Origin: Gaiellaceae bacterium
GTDB lineage: Bacteria > Actinomycetota > Thermoleophilia > Gaiellales > Gaiellaceae
Length of the DNA stretch: 63,680 nt
NCBI GenBank assembly: GCA_035273885.1
Contig: DATEOR010000007.1
Coordinates: 1-63,680, forward strand
Direction: 5' to 3'
Position 1 is the first letter of the stretch. Every line of letters starts with the position of its first letter. Below the pieces are notes generated by a model. It saw nothing but the letters and a program-made list of their open reading frames with translations, made no database searches and was not told where the DNA came from. Positions 53,021 through 61,576 of the stretch are shown here, piece after piece. Made by a program: the position numbers and the translations under genes.

Positions 53021-53512
53021 ATGCAGGAAATGGTCATCTACGGGGTGAGCTTCGACATGGTCGGCAAGCAGCCGATCGTTCTTCTGAAGACGGCCGACGG
53101 GAACAAGTTTCTGCCGATCTGGATCGGCCACCCGGAGGCGGCAGCGATCCTGATGAAGCTCCAGGGCGCCTCGACTCCCCGGCCGATGACGCACGACCTC
53201 CTCTCCGAGGTGCTCTCGAAGCTCGACGCTCGTGTCGTCAAGATCGCGGTCACCGAGCTCCGTGAGAACACGTTCTATGCCCTCATCACGGTCGCCGTGA
53301 ACGGCAGCGAGATCGAGATCGACTCGCGTCCGAGCGACGCGATCGCGCTCGCCGTCCGCTCCGATGCACCGATCTATGCCGACGACTCGGTGATCGAGGA
53401 GAGCGCGATCGAGTTCGAGAACGAAGAGGACGTGAACGAGGAGCAGGTGGTCGAGGAGTTCAAGAAGTTCCTCGACGACGTCAAGCCTGAAGATTTCAGC
53501 TCTGAGGCTTAG
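53021..53512 (+). CDS. bifunctional nuclease family protein (DUF151)
   Basis: ATG at 53021. QPIVLLKTADGNKFLPIWIGHPEAAAI...TPRPMTHDLL and SRPSDAIALAVR motifs of the BFN family, with an acidic C-terminus. Confidence 0.8.
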   Translation: MQEMVIYGVSFDMVGKQPIVLLKTADGNKFLPIWIGHPEAAAILMKLQGASTPRPMTHDLLSEVLSKLDARVVKIAVTELRENTFYALITVAVNGSEIEIDSRPSDAIALAVRSDAPIYADDSVIEESAIEFENEEDVNEEQVVEEFKKFLDDVKPEDFSSEA

Positions 53513-53787
53513 GAGAGCTCGCGCTTCGTGAGGTCGAGGAGCTCCGCGTGGAGCTCCCGTAGGCCGCCGGCTGACAGCGGCCCGTCGTTTTCCCGCTCGA
53601 GCTCGGCGAGAAGCGCCTCCTCGCGGCCCTTGTCCAGGAAGTCGTAGCCCATCGCGGCTTTGTGCTCCTTGAGCCGTCGCACGAGCTCGAGCCGGCGGTT
53701 GACCGCGCTCACGATCCCGTGATCGGTGGACGTGATCTCCGCCCGCAGCTCCTGCACGCGGGGGTCGGAACCGGGGTCGCCCTGCAT
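53509..53787 (-). CDS. chorismate mutase (AroQ class)
   Basis: 92 aa three-helix protein. LRAEITSTDHGIVSAVNRRLELVRRL...D..RE..L pattern of AroQ. TGATG overlap with the upstream gene. Confidence 0.75.
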   Translation of the reverse strand: MQGDPGSDPRVQELRAEITSTDHGIVSAVNRRLELVRRLKEHKAAMGYDFLDKGREEALLAELERENDGPLSAGGLRELHAELLDLTKRELS

Positions 53788-54908
53788 CAGGCGAAGATAT
53801 AGACCGCGGTGCCCACTGCCCAGCGGTCATAGAAGCCGGGCGCGAACCACATCGGCGTTCTCACGCAGCCATGGCTGGCCGGGTAGGCCGGTACGGAGTG
53901 ATAGCCGTGGATGGCGAAGGCGCCCGTGAAGAAGAGCGAGTAGTACATCCCGCTGCCGTTTAGTCCCGGGACCTTGCCGTAGACGTGAAACTTGCCCACG
54001 GGTGTGTTCCCGGTCGCCCCGGTCGAGACGTGGGTGATGCGGACGACCTTCCCTCTGCGCACCTCGTAGAGGACCTGCAGCGTCTTCGAGACCTCGACGT
54101 GGTCGCCCTTCGCAACGCGCGCCTTCGGAACCTTCGCGCGGGCGAGCACCTTCCACACGTCGCGGGAGACGCGGCCGGTGCGAGACATCCCGTGCACCTT
54201 CTGGAAGGCGAGCACGGCCTCGTAGGTATCGAACGCGTAGTAACGGTTCGGGCCTCCCTGCACCATGTGGCGAAGCGAAGCAAGCCTGCGCTCGAGTGCG
54301 AGCACTGCGGTTCCGCGGGCGCCGGTGGCGAGCGCCGGCGCGGCGATGCGGTAGTACTTCCGGGCGGTGAAGCCCTTGTAGCCGGCGTCCGGCGAGAGGA
54401 CGAGCCGCGCCCGGTGCCGTCCGAGCCGGTCGGTGGGAAGAACAGCGGTGTACTGCCCCCCCTGTTGCACGTGTACGTGCCAACTTCGTGTGCCGACCCG
54501 GAGTGTGAGCGACCCTGCCGATGCAGGCTGCAGCCGCCCTTTCATGACGAGGCGGTTGCCGGGATACCGCAGGCCCGCGATGCGCCGCGTGAGGATCGGC
54601 TTGAGCTTCAGGTCGATCGGGTCCGAGACGTCGGTCGCGGTCTGGACGTTGTAGGCACCTGGCTGCGTGGCCGGGAAGCTGAAGCCGAACGCACCGGTCG
54701 TCCCGTTGGCGGTGGTCGTCAGGCCCGTCGAGGCGCCGTTGTAGAAGAGCTCGACGAGCTCGCCGGGAGCGGCCGTCCCGCTGAGCGTCACCTGCGTTCC
54801 GTAGCGGGGCGCCGACGGTTGCGCGCCGAAGGGAATCGTCGCGCCGGCGGCCGCGGGTGCGGCGAGAGCGAGGAAGACGACGACGAGAGCCCGGCGCACG
54901 GGCTGCAA
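53787..54908 (-). CDS. L,D-transpeptidase (YkuD domain) with peptidoglycan-binding domain
   Basis: TTG 54908 or GTG 54899 start gives signal peptide RRALVVVFLALAAPAAAGA. PG-binding-like VLALERRLASL...AVLAFQKVHGMSRTGRV. YkuD catalytic motif IHGYHSVPAYPASHGCVR. Confidence 0.85.
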   Translation of the reverse strand: MQPVRRALVVVFLALAAPAAAGATIPFGAQPSAPRYGTQVTLSGTAAPGELVELFYNGASTGLTTTANGTTGAFGFSFPATQPGAYNVQTATDVSDPIDLKLKPILTRRIAGLRYPGNRLVMKGRLQPASAGSLTLRVGTRSWHVHVQQGGQYTAVLPTDRLGRHRARLVLSPDAGYKGFTARKYYRIAAPALATGARGTAVLALERRLASLRHMVQGGPNRYYAFDTYEAVLAFQKVHGMSRTGRVSRDVWKVLARAKVPKARVAKGDHVEVSKTLQVLYEVRRGKVVRITHVSTGATGNTPVGKFHVYGKVPGLNGSGMYYSLFFTGAFAIHGYHSVPAYPASHGCVRTPMWFAPGFYDRWAVGTAVYIFA

Positions 54909-54925
54909 TCTGACAGACGACCCGG

Positions 54926-55624
54926 TTAGTACGCCAGCTGCAGATAGAGGATCAGGATGCCCACGCCGTTGTAGAAGCCGTGCGCGAGGACCCCGGGCCA
55001 CACGCTGTCCGAGCGGAGACGCACCCATCCGAGGACGATGCCGAAGAGGATGAGCGGAGGGAGCGCACCGAGGATCCCGTGGCTGAGGCCGAAGACGACG
55101 CCGGTGATGACGGCTGCCGTGATGCCGCCGAGGAAGTTGAGCGCACGCACACCGAGGCCCCGGAAGAAGAGCTCTTCGGTGAACGGCACGACGGTGGCGA
55201 CGACGATGCCGTTCACGAGGAAGGCCCCAGCCCGGTCCGGGTCCCAGTCGTCGGGAGCGAGGCCCTGCTCTTTGCCGCCGTGCAGGACCGGCTCGAGCGC
55301 AGCCGCGACGATCAGCACGCCGATGATGAGCCCGATCGCGATTGCGACCCACTTCCAGCGGAATGGGTTGAGCCCGATTGCCTTGGTCGTCCTCGTGTAC
55401 GGGAGCGCGAGCAGCAGCGTGAGTCCGGCGAGGAACGCGTAGATGGCGATCGTGCCGACCGCGAACCCGTACTCGTAGAAGACGTCCGAGTTGTCCCCCG
55501 AGCTTGCCTGGCTGGCGAACCCGCCGGCGATGAAGAGGATGGCCAGGACCGACCATCCGATGAAGGGAAGCGCCTTATAGTCGCTCGAGGGCGTTGCCGA
55601 AGTCGGCGACGATGTCGTCTGCAT
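54926..55624 (-). CDS. CPBP-family intramembrane glutamic endopeptidase (CAAX protease-like)
   Basis: Multi-TM protein. EELFFRG, FGLSH and HGFYN motifs. The start (ATG 55624 or GTG 55630) overlaps the upstream gene by about 50 nt. Confidence 0.8.
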   Translation of the reverse strand: MQTTSSPTSATPSSDYKALPFIGWSVLAILFIAGGFASQASSGDNSDVFYEYGFAVGTIAIYAFLAGLTLLLALPYTRTTKAIGLNPFRWKWVAIAIGLIIGVLIVAAALEPVLHGGKEQGLAPDDWDPDRAGAFLVNGIVVATVVPFTEELFFRGLGVRALNFLGGITAAVITGVVFGLSHGILGALPPLILFGIVLGWVRLRSDSVWPGVLAHGFYNGVGILILYLQLAY

Positions 55625-56732
55625 CCTCACACCCTACGGACACGCGCAGAAGCCCCGGCGTGATCCCCGCGGCGGCGAGTTGCTCCTCGGAGAACTGCCG
55701 GTGGCTCGTGGAGGCCGGGTGGGAGACGACGGTGTCGACCCCGCCCAGGCTAGTCGCCCGCTTGCAGAGCTCGAGGCCGTTCATGAACGCCTCGCCGGCG
55801 GCGCGGCCGCCTGTGAGCTCGACGGCGATCATCCCGCCCGTGCCACTCAGCTGGCGACGGGCCAGCTCGTGCTGCGGATAGCTTTCGAGCCCGGCGTAGT
55901 AGACCCGCCCGGCTTTGGGGTGGCCTTCGAGGAAGCGTGCGACCGTGAGCGCGTTCGCGCAGTGGCGCTCCATCCTGAGCGCAAGCGTCTTCAACCCACG
56001 GCGCAGGAGATAGGCGGGGAACGCGTCGAGGACCGCCCCGGTGTCGATCTGCCAGGCGCGCGCCTGGGCGACTGCCTCGGCGCTCCCGGCGAAGACTCCG
56101 GCGGTCACGTCGTGGTGTCCGTTCAGGTACTTCGTCGCCGATTCGCAGACGATGTCGGCGCCAAGCTCCAGCGGGCGGCAGAGGGCCGGAGAGGCGAACG
56201 TGTTGTCCACGATCATGAGGCCGCCGCCCTTCGTCGCCGCGATCGCCTCGAGGTCCGCCACTGGGAGGCCGGGGTTGGACATCGTCTCGATGTAGCGCAC
56301 GCGGGCAGGTCGCTCCCAAGCCGCGTGGTCGGTCACGTCGAGGTGGACGACCTCCACGCCGAGTGGCTTGAGGCGCTGCTCGGCGAAGGCGTACGTCGCG
56401 CCGTAGAGCTGCTTGGCGCAGAGGAGGGTGTCGCCGGGCTGCAGCGTCGTCATGAGCGCTGCGGAGATCGCCGCCATTCCGGAGGAGAACGCCTGCGCGG
56501 CCTCGGCGCCTTCCAGGTCTGCCAACACGCCGTTCAGCTCTTCGACCGTCGGGTTCCGGAGGCGCGAGTAGAGGAACCCGTACTCCTCCTCGCTCATCAC
56601 GCGCCCGAAGGTGGCGGCGTCGTCGAAGGAGAACGTCGTCGCCGTGACGACAGGTTGGACGACGGGCTCGCCGGGAGCGTCGGGAAGCGGGCGGCCGTGA
56701 ATCGCGCGCGTGGAGAAGCCCCGGTTCTTCAT
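55575..56732 (-). CDS. Cys/Met-metabolism PLP enzyme (cystathionine gamma-synthase / methionine gamma-lyase / O-acetylhomoserine sulfhydrylase family)
   Basis: ATG at 56732 (MKNRGFSTRAIHG). YSRLRNPT and the PLP-lysine motif SATKYLNGHHDV. ATGA overlap with the upstream HAD gene. Confidence 0.85.
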   Translation of the reverse strand: MKNRGFSTRAIHGRPLPDAPGEPVVQPVVTATTFSFDDAATFGRVMSEEEYGFLYSRLRNPTVEELNGVLADLEGAEAAQAFSSGMAAISAALMTTLQPGDTLLCAKQLYGATYAFAEQRLKPLGVEVVHLDVTDHAAWERPARVRYIETMSNPGLPVADLEAIAATKGGGLMIVDNTFASPALCRPLELGADIVCESATKYLNGHHDVTAGVFAGSAEAVAQARAWQIDTGAVLDAFPAYLLRRGLKTLALRMERHCANALTVARFLEGHPKAGRVYYAGLESYPQHELARRQLSGTGGMIAVELTGGRAAGEAFMNGLELCKRATSLGGVDTVVSHPASTSHRQFSEEQLAAAGITPGLLRVSVGCEDADDIVADFGNALERL

Positions 56733-57370
56733 AGACCCAGACGTGCCGGGAGCGTAGCGAGCGGAGGAGGCTCGAAGCCGAGGCCGGCTGCGAGGGCGCC
56801 CGCCTGGTCGGCCTCGTCGTCTCCGATGTGCGTAGCGCGCCCGGGTTCGACGCCGAGGCGCCTCAGGGCCACTTCGAAGACGCGGGGATCGGGCTTTTCG
56901 GCGTTCGTCTCCGCCGAGCTCACGATCGCGGAGAGATAGCGTGCGAGCCCGGCCCGCTCGAGCTGCTCGCCGATGCCGACGTCCCAGTTCGTCACGCAGG
57001 CGAGCTCGAGGCCGGCCCGCCGGAGTCGCCGGAGAGCCTCCACGACTCCGTCGAGGGGACGGAAGACGAGCGAGCCGACGAACGCGGGCGCGAACTCCTC
57101 GGCGTCGAGCTCCGGTGCGACTCCTGCAAGGAAGACGCCTGAGCAGCGGTTCCTGAGGTCGATGAGGCTGGCGTCGTCCTTCCCCTCGCACTTGTGGACG
57201 AGGTAGTACTCCACCTCTGCGGCGAAGGCCTTGCCCACGGACTTCTCGTCACGTTCCATCCCGCGCTCGGCGAGGGCGGTCTGCAGGCGGCTCACCGGGT
57301 TCTCGAGCTCGACGAGCGTTCCGAACGCGTCGATGGTGACCGCGTCGATCCCGGCGCTACTGGAAGGCAT
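56729..57370 (-). CDS. HAD-superfamily hydrolase
   Basis: ATG at 57370. Motif I VTIDAFGTLVEL, VTNWD, EKPDPRVF, HIGDDEADQAGA. Confidence 0.7.
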   Translation of the reverse strand: MPSSSAGIDAVTIDAFGTLVELENPVSRLQTALAERGMERDEKSVGKAFAAEVEYYLVHKCEGKDDASLIDLRNRCSGVFLAGVAPELDAEEFAPAFVGSLVFRPLDGVVEALRRLRRAGLELACVTNWDVGIGEQLERAGLARYLSAIVSSAETNAEKPDPRVFEVALRRLGVEPGRATHIGDDEADQAGALAAGLGFEPPPLATLPARLGL

Positions 57371-58274
57371 CCGGGTGGAGCGCCCGGGCGATTGCCTCGA
57401 GACCCTGGGCGACTCGCGGCCCGGCGCGGTCGACGAGTTCGGCCGGAACGATGACCACGCGGTTCTTCTTGACCGCGGCGAGGTCGGCGGTGATCGGGTT
57501 CGCGCGGAGAGACTCGAGCGTCGTGTCGCTGTCGGAGGTCGCCAGGAAGAAGCGCGGATTCGCCTTGCGAAGATCCGCAAGCGGGTACGGGCCGGGGCCG
57601 GGGCTCGGGCCGGCGACGCTCGTCCCCTTGGCGCGCTTCACGAGATCCCCCAGGAGCGATCTGTCCGGCACCGTGATGAAGAAGCCGTTGTCCACGAAGA
57701 CCGAGACCGGCTTCTCGCCGGCGAGCTTCTGCTGGATCGTGGCGACGTCCTGCTGGATGCGGCCGACCAGCTGCCGGGCCTCGGGCGCCTTCCCCAGGAG
57801 GAAGCCGAGGTCGATCGCGCCCTGTTCGACGTTCAGGAGCGACGCCGCCGGCTGGATGTAGAGGGCCGCGTTCGTCGCCCTCTGGATCCGGGCGACGTCG
57901 AGCTGGTCCGCCGTCTGCGTGCCGACGATGAGATCGGGCTTCAGGTCGATCGCCCCGTCGACGTCGATGGTGCCCGTTTGGCGCACGACCCTCTCGGGAC
58001 TGGCGCCAGGGACGCTGACGCCGGCCGGGACGCCGACGAGCCGGTCTCCCGCTCCGAGGGCCACGATGAGCTCGGCCGAGCCCGGCTCGAGCGCCACGAT
58101 CCGCTCCGCTCGTCCCAGGAGAACGGTCGGCTGATCGCCCGCGCCCTGGACAGTGACCGGGTACGGCTGCTCCAGCGGGCCGAGAGGCTCTCCGCGCTCG
58201 CCACAGCCTGCCCCGCCGAGGGCCGCGAGGAGGAGAGCACAGAGCAGGAGCGGGGAGACACGCACGACCGGCAC
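57357..58274 (-). CDS. ABC-transporter periplasmic binding lipoprotein (FecB/BtuF-type, cluster A)
   Basis: Lipobox LAALGGAGC. Two-lobe PBP pattern (ERIVALEPGSAELIVALG, PDLIVG, NRVVIVPAE). No permease or ATPase genes adjacent. Confidence 0.7.
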   Translation of the reverse strand: MPVVRVSPLLLCALLLAALGGAGCGERGEPLGPLEQPYPVTVQGAGDQPTVLLGRAERIVALEPGSAELIVALGAGDRLVGVPAGVSVPGASPERVVRQTGTIDVDGAIDLKPDLIVGTQTADQLDVARIQRATNAALYIQPAASLLNVEQGAIDLGFLLGKAPEARQLVGRIQQDVATIQQKLAGEKPVSVFVDNGFFITVPDRSLLGDLVKRAKGTSVAGPSPGPGPYPLADLRKANPRFFLATSDSDTTLESLRANPITADLAAVKKNRVVIVPAELVDRAGPRVAQGLEAIARALHPDAFQ

Positions 58275-58286
58275 TATTCAACATGT

Positions 58287-58691
58287 ATGCGGCTCTTCAG
58301 CGAGCAGGAGGCGAACGAGGCGCTCGATGTGGTCGCACCGCTCGTCGAGCGGCTCGTCGCGGCGCGCGGACGGTTCGTGGCCGACGGCGAGCGTCTCGGA
58401 CGGGTGAAGGGAAAGGTGGCCGGCAACGGCGGCGGGCTCGACCCGGCCCGCGTGCAGGAAGCGCAGGGGGCGCTCGAGGAGGTTGCGACTGAGATCGGGC
58501 TCCTCGTTGCGGAGCTCGAGGCGGCCGGCGTGCAGGTGAAGGACCTCGATCGCGGGCTCGTCGACTTCCCCGCCCGCCACCCCGAAAGCGGCGATCTCGT
58601 CCTACTTTGCTGGCATCTCGGAGAGGACCGCGTGGCTTTCTGGCACGGCCTCGAGGAGGGCTTTGCGGGCAGGAAGCCGCTTCCCTTCTGA
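58287..58691 (+). CDS. DUF2203 family protein
   Basis: ATG at 58287 (MRLFSEQEANEAL). The C-terminal LVDFPA...VLLCWHLGEDRVAFWHGLEEGFAGRKPL matches the DUF2203 signature as I recall it. Confidence 0.6.
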   Translation: MRLFSEQEANEALDVVAPLVERLVAARGRFVADGERLGRVKGKVAGNGGGLDPARVQEAQGALEEVATEIGLLVAELEAAGVQVKDLDRGLVDFPARHPESGDLVLLCWHLGEDRVAFWHGLEEGFAGRKPLPF

Positions 58692-58703
58692 GAACTCACG
58701 TCC

Positions 58704-59456
58704 GTGAGCGATTTCTGGCAGCACGTACTGACGGCCGGGATCGTCGTCCTGGGCACGCTCGTCCTGGCGAAGCTCGTCGACCGCTGGCTGGTGCGCCGGA
58801 TGAAGCTGAGCCCGAGGGTGATGACGCGCTACAGCGTCATCCGGCGGACCGTCGTCGTGGGGGTCGTGATCGTCGGCGTGCTGTCGGCGCTGCTCGTGAT
58901 CCCCGAGGTGCAGGCGGTCGCGGGGTCGATCCTCGCCTCGTCCGCGGTGATCGCGCTCATTCTCGGGTTCGCGGCGCAGTCGACGCTCTCCAACGCGATC
59001 GCCGGAATCCTGATCGCGTTCACTCAGCCACTCCGGCTCGGTGATCAGGTCGAGGTCGGGACGGCGACGGGCACCGTCGAGGAGATCGGGCTGATCTACA
59101 CGCTCCTGCGCACCGCGGACGGTTCGCGCTTCTATGTGCCGAACACGCGCATGGCCTCCGATACGATTCGCAATGCGACGCTGCAGAGCTTCGAGCACCG
59201 AGCCCAGATCACCATCGGCGTCCCGGTTGGAAGCGACTTCGAGCGGGTATGCGACATCCTCGTCGAGGAGGCGCGGCGCGCACCGGAAGCCATGCCTGAC
59301 AAGAACCCCACTGCGACATTGAGCCAGGTCGACGCGACCGCAGCCATATTCACAGTCGAGGCCTGGGCGCGCAGCGTCGGGCAGGCCGCGAAGCTTGCTA
59401 CCGGCGTGCGCGCGGGCATCTACAAGCGGCTGCAGTCCGAGGGGATCTACGCCTGA
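58704..59456 (+). CDS. small-conductance mechanosensitive channel (MscS family)
   Basis: Three N-terminal TM segments, pore-lining AGILIAFTQPLRLGD, beta-domain VEVGTATGTVEEIGLIYTLLRTADGSRFYVPN. Confidence 0.8.
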   Translation: MSDFWQHVLTAGIVVLGTLVLAKLVDRWLVRRMKLSPRVMTRYSVIRRTVVVGVVIVGVLSALLVIPEVQAVAGSILASSAVIALILGFAAQSTLSNAIAGILIAFTQPLRLGDQVEVGTATGTVEEIGLIYTLLRTADGSRFYVPNTRMASDTIRNATLQSFEHRAQITIGVPVGSDFERVCDILVEEARRAPEAMPDKNPTATLSQVDATAAIFTVEAWARSVGQAAKLATGVRAGIYKRLQSEGIYA

Positions 59457-61576
59457 TGGCGACGAACGGGAACGGCAAGCGGAACGGCGGCGCATCGCTG
59501 TACCCGGCGCACCGGCGCCGGCGGCGCCGGCAGAGGCGAAAGCGCGAGAAGATCACGTCGCGGCGCTTCGCCGTCCTGCTTACTCTGGTCGTCGTCCTCG
59601 GCACGATCGCGACCTTCGTCGCCGCAACCGTGACGGGGGCAGCCGGGATTCTTTCGAACTGCGATCTCAACTCGCTGAAGCCGGTCGCGATCGGCGCGAA
59701 CTCCTTCGTTTACGCGGCCGACGGCACCGTCCTGGGCGCGATCCCCGCCGAGCGAAACCGGCAGCCCGTGGGTCTCGACAACATGTCCAGCTGGGTCACG
59801 AACGCGACCGTGGACGTCGAGGACCGCCGCTTCTACGAGCACGGCGGAATCGACTGGGAGGGCGTAGTCCGCGCCGCCGTCGAGAACGTCAAGAGCGGCC
59901 ACATCGTGCAGGGCGGCTCGACGATCACACAGCAGCTCGTCCGCAACCTCTATATCGGAAAGGAGGTCTCCCTCGACCGCAAGATCAAGGAGGCCTGCCT
60001 TGCCCAGAAGCTCGAGGACGTGCACACGAAGGACTGGATCCTCGCCAGCTATCTGAACCAGGTCTACTTCGGGAACCACGCCTACGGCGTTGAGGCCGCC
60101 GCGCAGACGTACTTCTCGAGGCACGCCGCCGACCTCAACCTCGTGCAGGCAGCAATGATCGCCGGCCTTCCTCAGGCCCCCTCGATCTATGACCCCTTCC
60201 AGCGGCCGGCCGAAGCGGTGGCACGGCGAAACGAGGTGCTCGGCGCCATGTACTCGGCCGGAGACATCACGGCCGAGCAGTACCAGCGCGCCGTCGCGGC
60301 TCCGCTGAGGCTGAAGGCGGGCACTATCTACACGCGCATCCGGGAGCCCTACTTCTTCAGCTACGTGCGCGAGCAGCTGATCGCCAAGTACGGCGCCAAT
60401 ACGGTGCGCGGCGGCGGGCTCAAGGTCTACACGACCATCGTCCCGAGGTTCCAGAAGCTCGCGACGGAGGCGATGCAGAGCACGCTGAACCTCAAGACCG
60501 ACCCGGCCTCGGCTCTCGTCTCGATCAATCCGAAGAACGGCGCGATCCGGGCGATGACCGCTGAGATTCCCGGCAAGAAGAACAACCAGTTCAACCTCGC
60601 TGCGCAGGGCCGCCGCCAGGCCGGCTCCTCGTTCAAGACCTTCGTCCTCACCGAAGCGATCAGGGAAGGCATCAACCCGGACACGACGATGTACATGTCC
60701 GCGCCGTTCCACTGGCAGCCGGATCCGTCCAGCGAGGCGTGGGACGTGAGCACGTTCGACGGAAGCTTCTACGGCCCGTCATCGATCACCCAGTCCACGC
60801 TGCGCTCGGACAACAGCGTGTACGCGCGGCTGACGCTCGACCTCGGGCCCGAGAAGATCGTCACCCTGGCGCATCAGATGGGGATCAGGACGAAGCTCGA
60901 GCCTGTCGCATCCATCGGGCTCGGCTCCAACTCGGTCGGCGTCCTCGAGATGGCCTCCGCCTACGCGACGATCGCGGCCGGCGGCATTTACTCGGAGCCG
61001 ATGGCGATCCGCAAGGTCGTCCTCCCGAGCGGCGAGGTCGACCGCGGCGCCGGTTGGGGCAAGGTCAAGCAGAAGCGAGTCTTCTCGGACGGTGTCGCCT
61101 ACCAGGTGTCCCGCATCCTCAAGATGAACGTGCAGGCCGGCACCGGTGTCGGAGCCAATCCGGGCTTCCCCGCGGGCGGCAAGACCGGCACGACGGACGA
61201 CTTCGGCGACGCCTGGTTTGCCGGCATCACGACGACCGCTTCCACAGTCGTTTGGGTCGGCTACCCGAACGCGAAGATCCCGATGACCGCGGTGCACGGA
61301 ATCCGCGTCGCGGGCGGCACCTTCCCCGCCACGATCTGGCGTCTCTTCATGGTCGGTGCGTTCGGGAACAATCCGCCGCCGGACTGGCCGCTCCCGAAGG
61401 ACCCGGTCGTCTGGCAGCCGTTCCACGGCCAGTACGAATTCTTCGGCGCACCGCCGTCGTCGTCGGGGTCGACCGACACGAAGAAGAACGACCACGGCCC
61501 GCCGCCCTCGCCCACCGAGCCGACGACGACCGAAGTACCGCCGACGACGACTGACACGGGCACGGACACCGGCTAG
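59456..61576 (+). CDS. class A penicillin-binding protein (PBP1A; glycosyltransferase plus transpeptidase)
   Basis: GT51 motifs EDRRFYEHGGID, GGSTITQQL, RKIKE. Transpeptidase motifs SSFK, SDN, KTGTT. Pro/Thr-rich C-terminal tail. Confidence 0.92.
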   Translation: MATNGNGKRNGGASLYPAHRRRRRRQRRKREKITSRRFAVLLTLVVVLGTIATFVAATVTGAAGILSNCDLNSLKPVAIGANSFVYAADGTVLGAIPAERNRQPVGLDNMSSWVTNATVDVEDRRFYEHGGIDWEGVVRAAVENVKSGHIVQGGSTITQQLVRNLYIGKEVSLDRKIKEACLAQKLEDVHTKDWILASYLNQVYFGNHAYGVEAAAQTYFSRHAADLNLVQAAMIAGLPQAPSIYDPFQRPAEAVARRNEVLGAMYSAGDITAEQYQRAVAAPLRLKAGTIYTRIREPYFFSYVREQLIAKYGANTVRGGGLKVYTTIVPRFQKLATEAMQSTLNLKTDPASALVSINPKNGAIRAMTAEIPGKKNNQFNLAAQGRRQAGSSFKTFVLTEAIREGINPDTTMYMSAPFHWQPDPSSEAWDVSTFDGSFYGPSSITQSTLRSDNSVYARLTLDLGPEKIVTLAHQMGIRTKLEPVASIGLGSNSVGVLEMASAYATIAAGGIYSEPMAIRKVVLPSGEVDRGAGWGKVKQKRVFSDGVAYQVSRILKMNVQAGTGVGANPGFPAGGKTGTTDDFGDAWFAGITTTASTVVWVGYPNAKIPMTAVHGIRVAGGTFPATIWRLFMVGAFGNNPPPDWPLPKDPVVWQPFHGQYEFFGAPPSSSGSTDTKKNDHGPPPSPTEPTTTEVPPTTTDTGTDTG

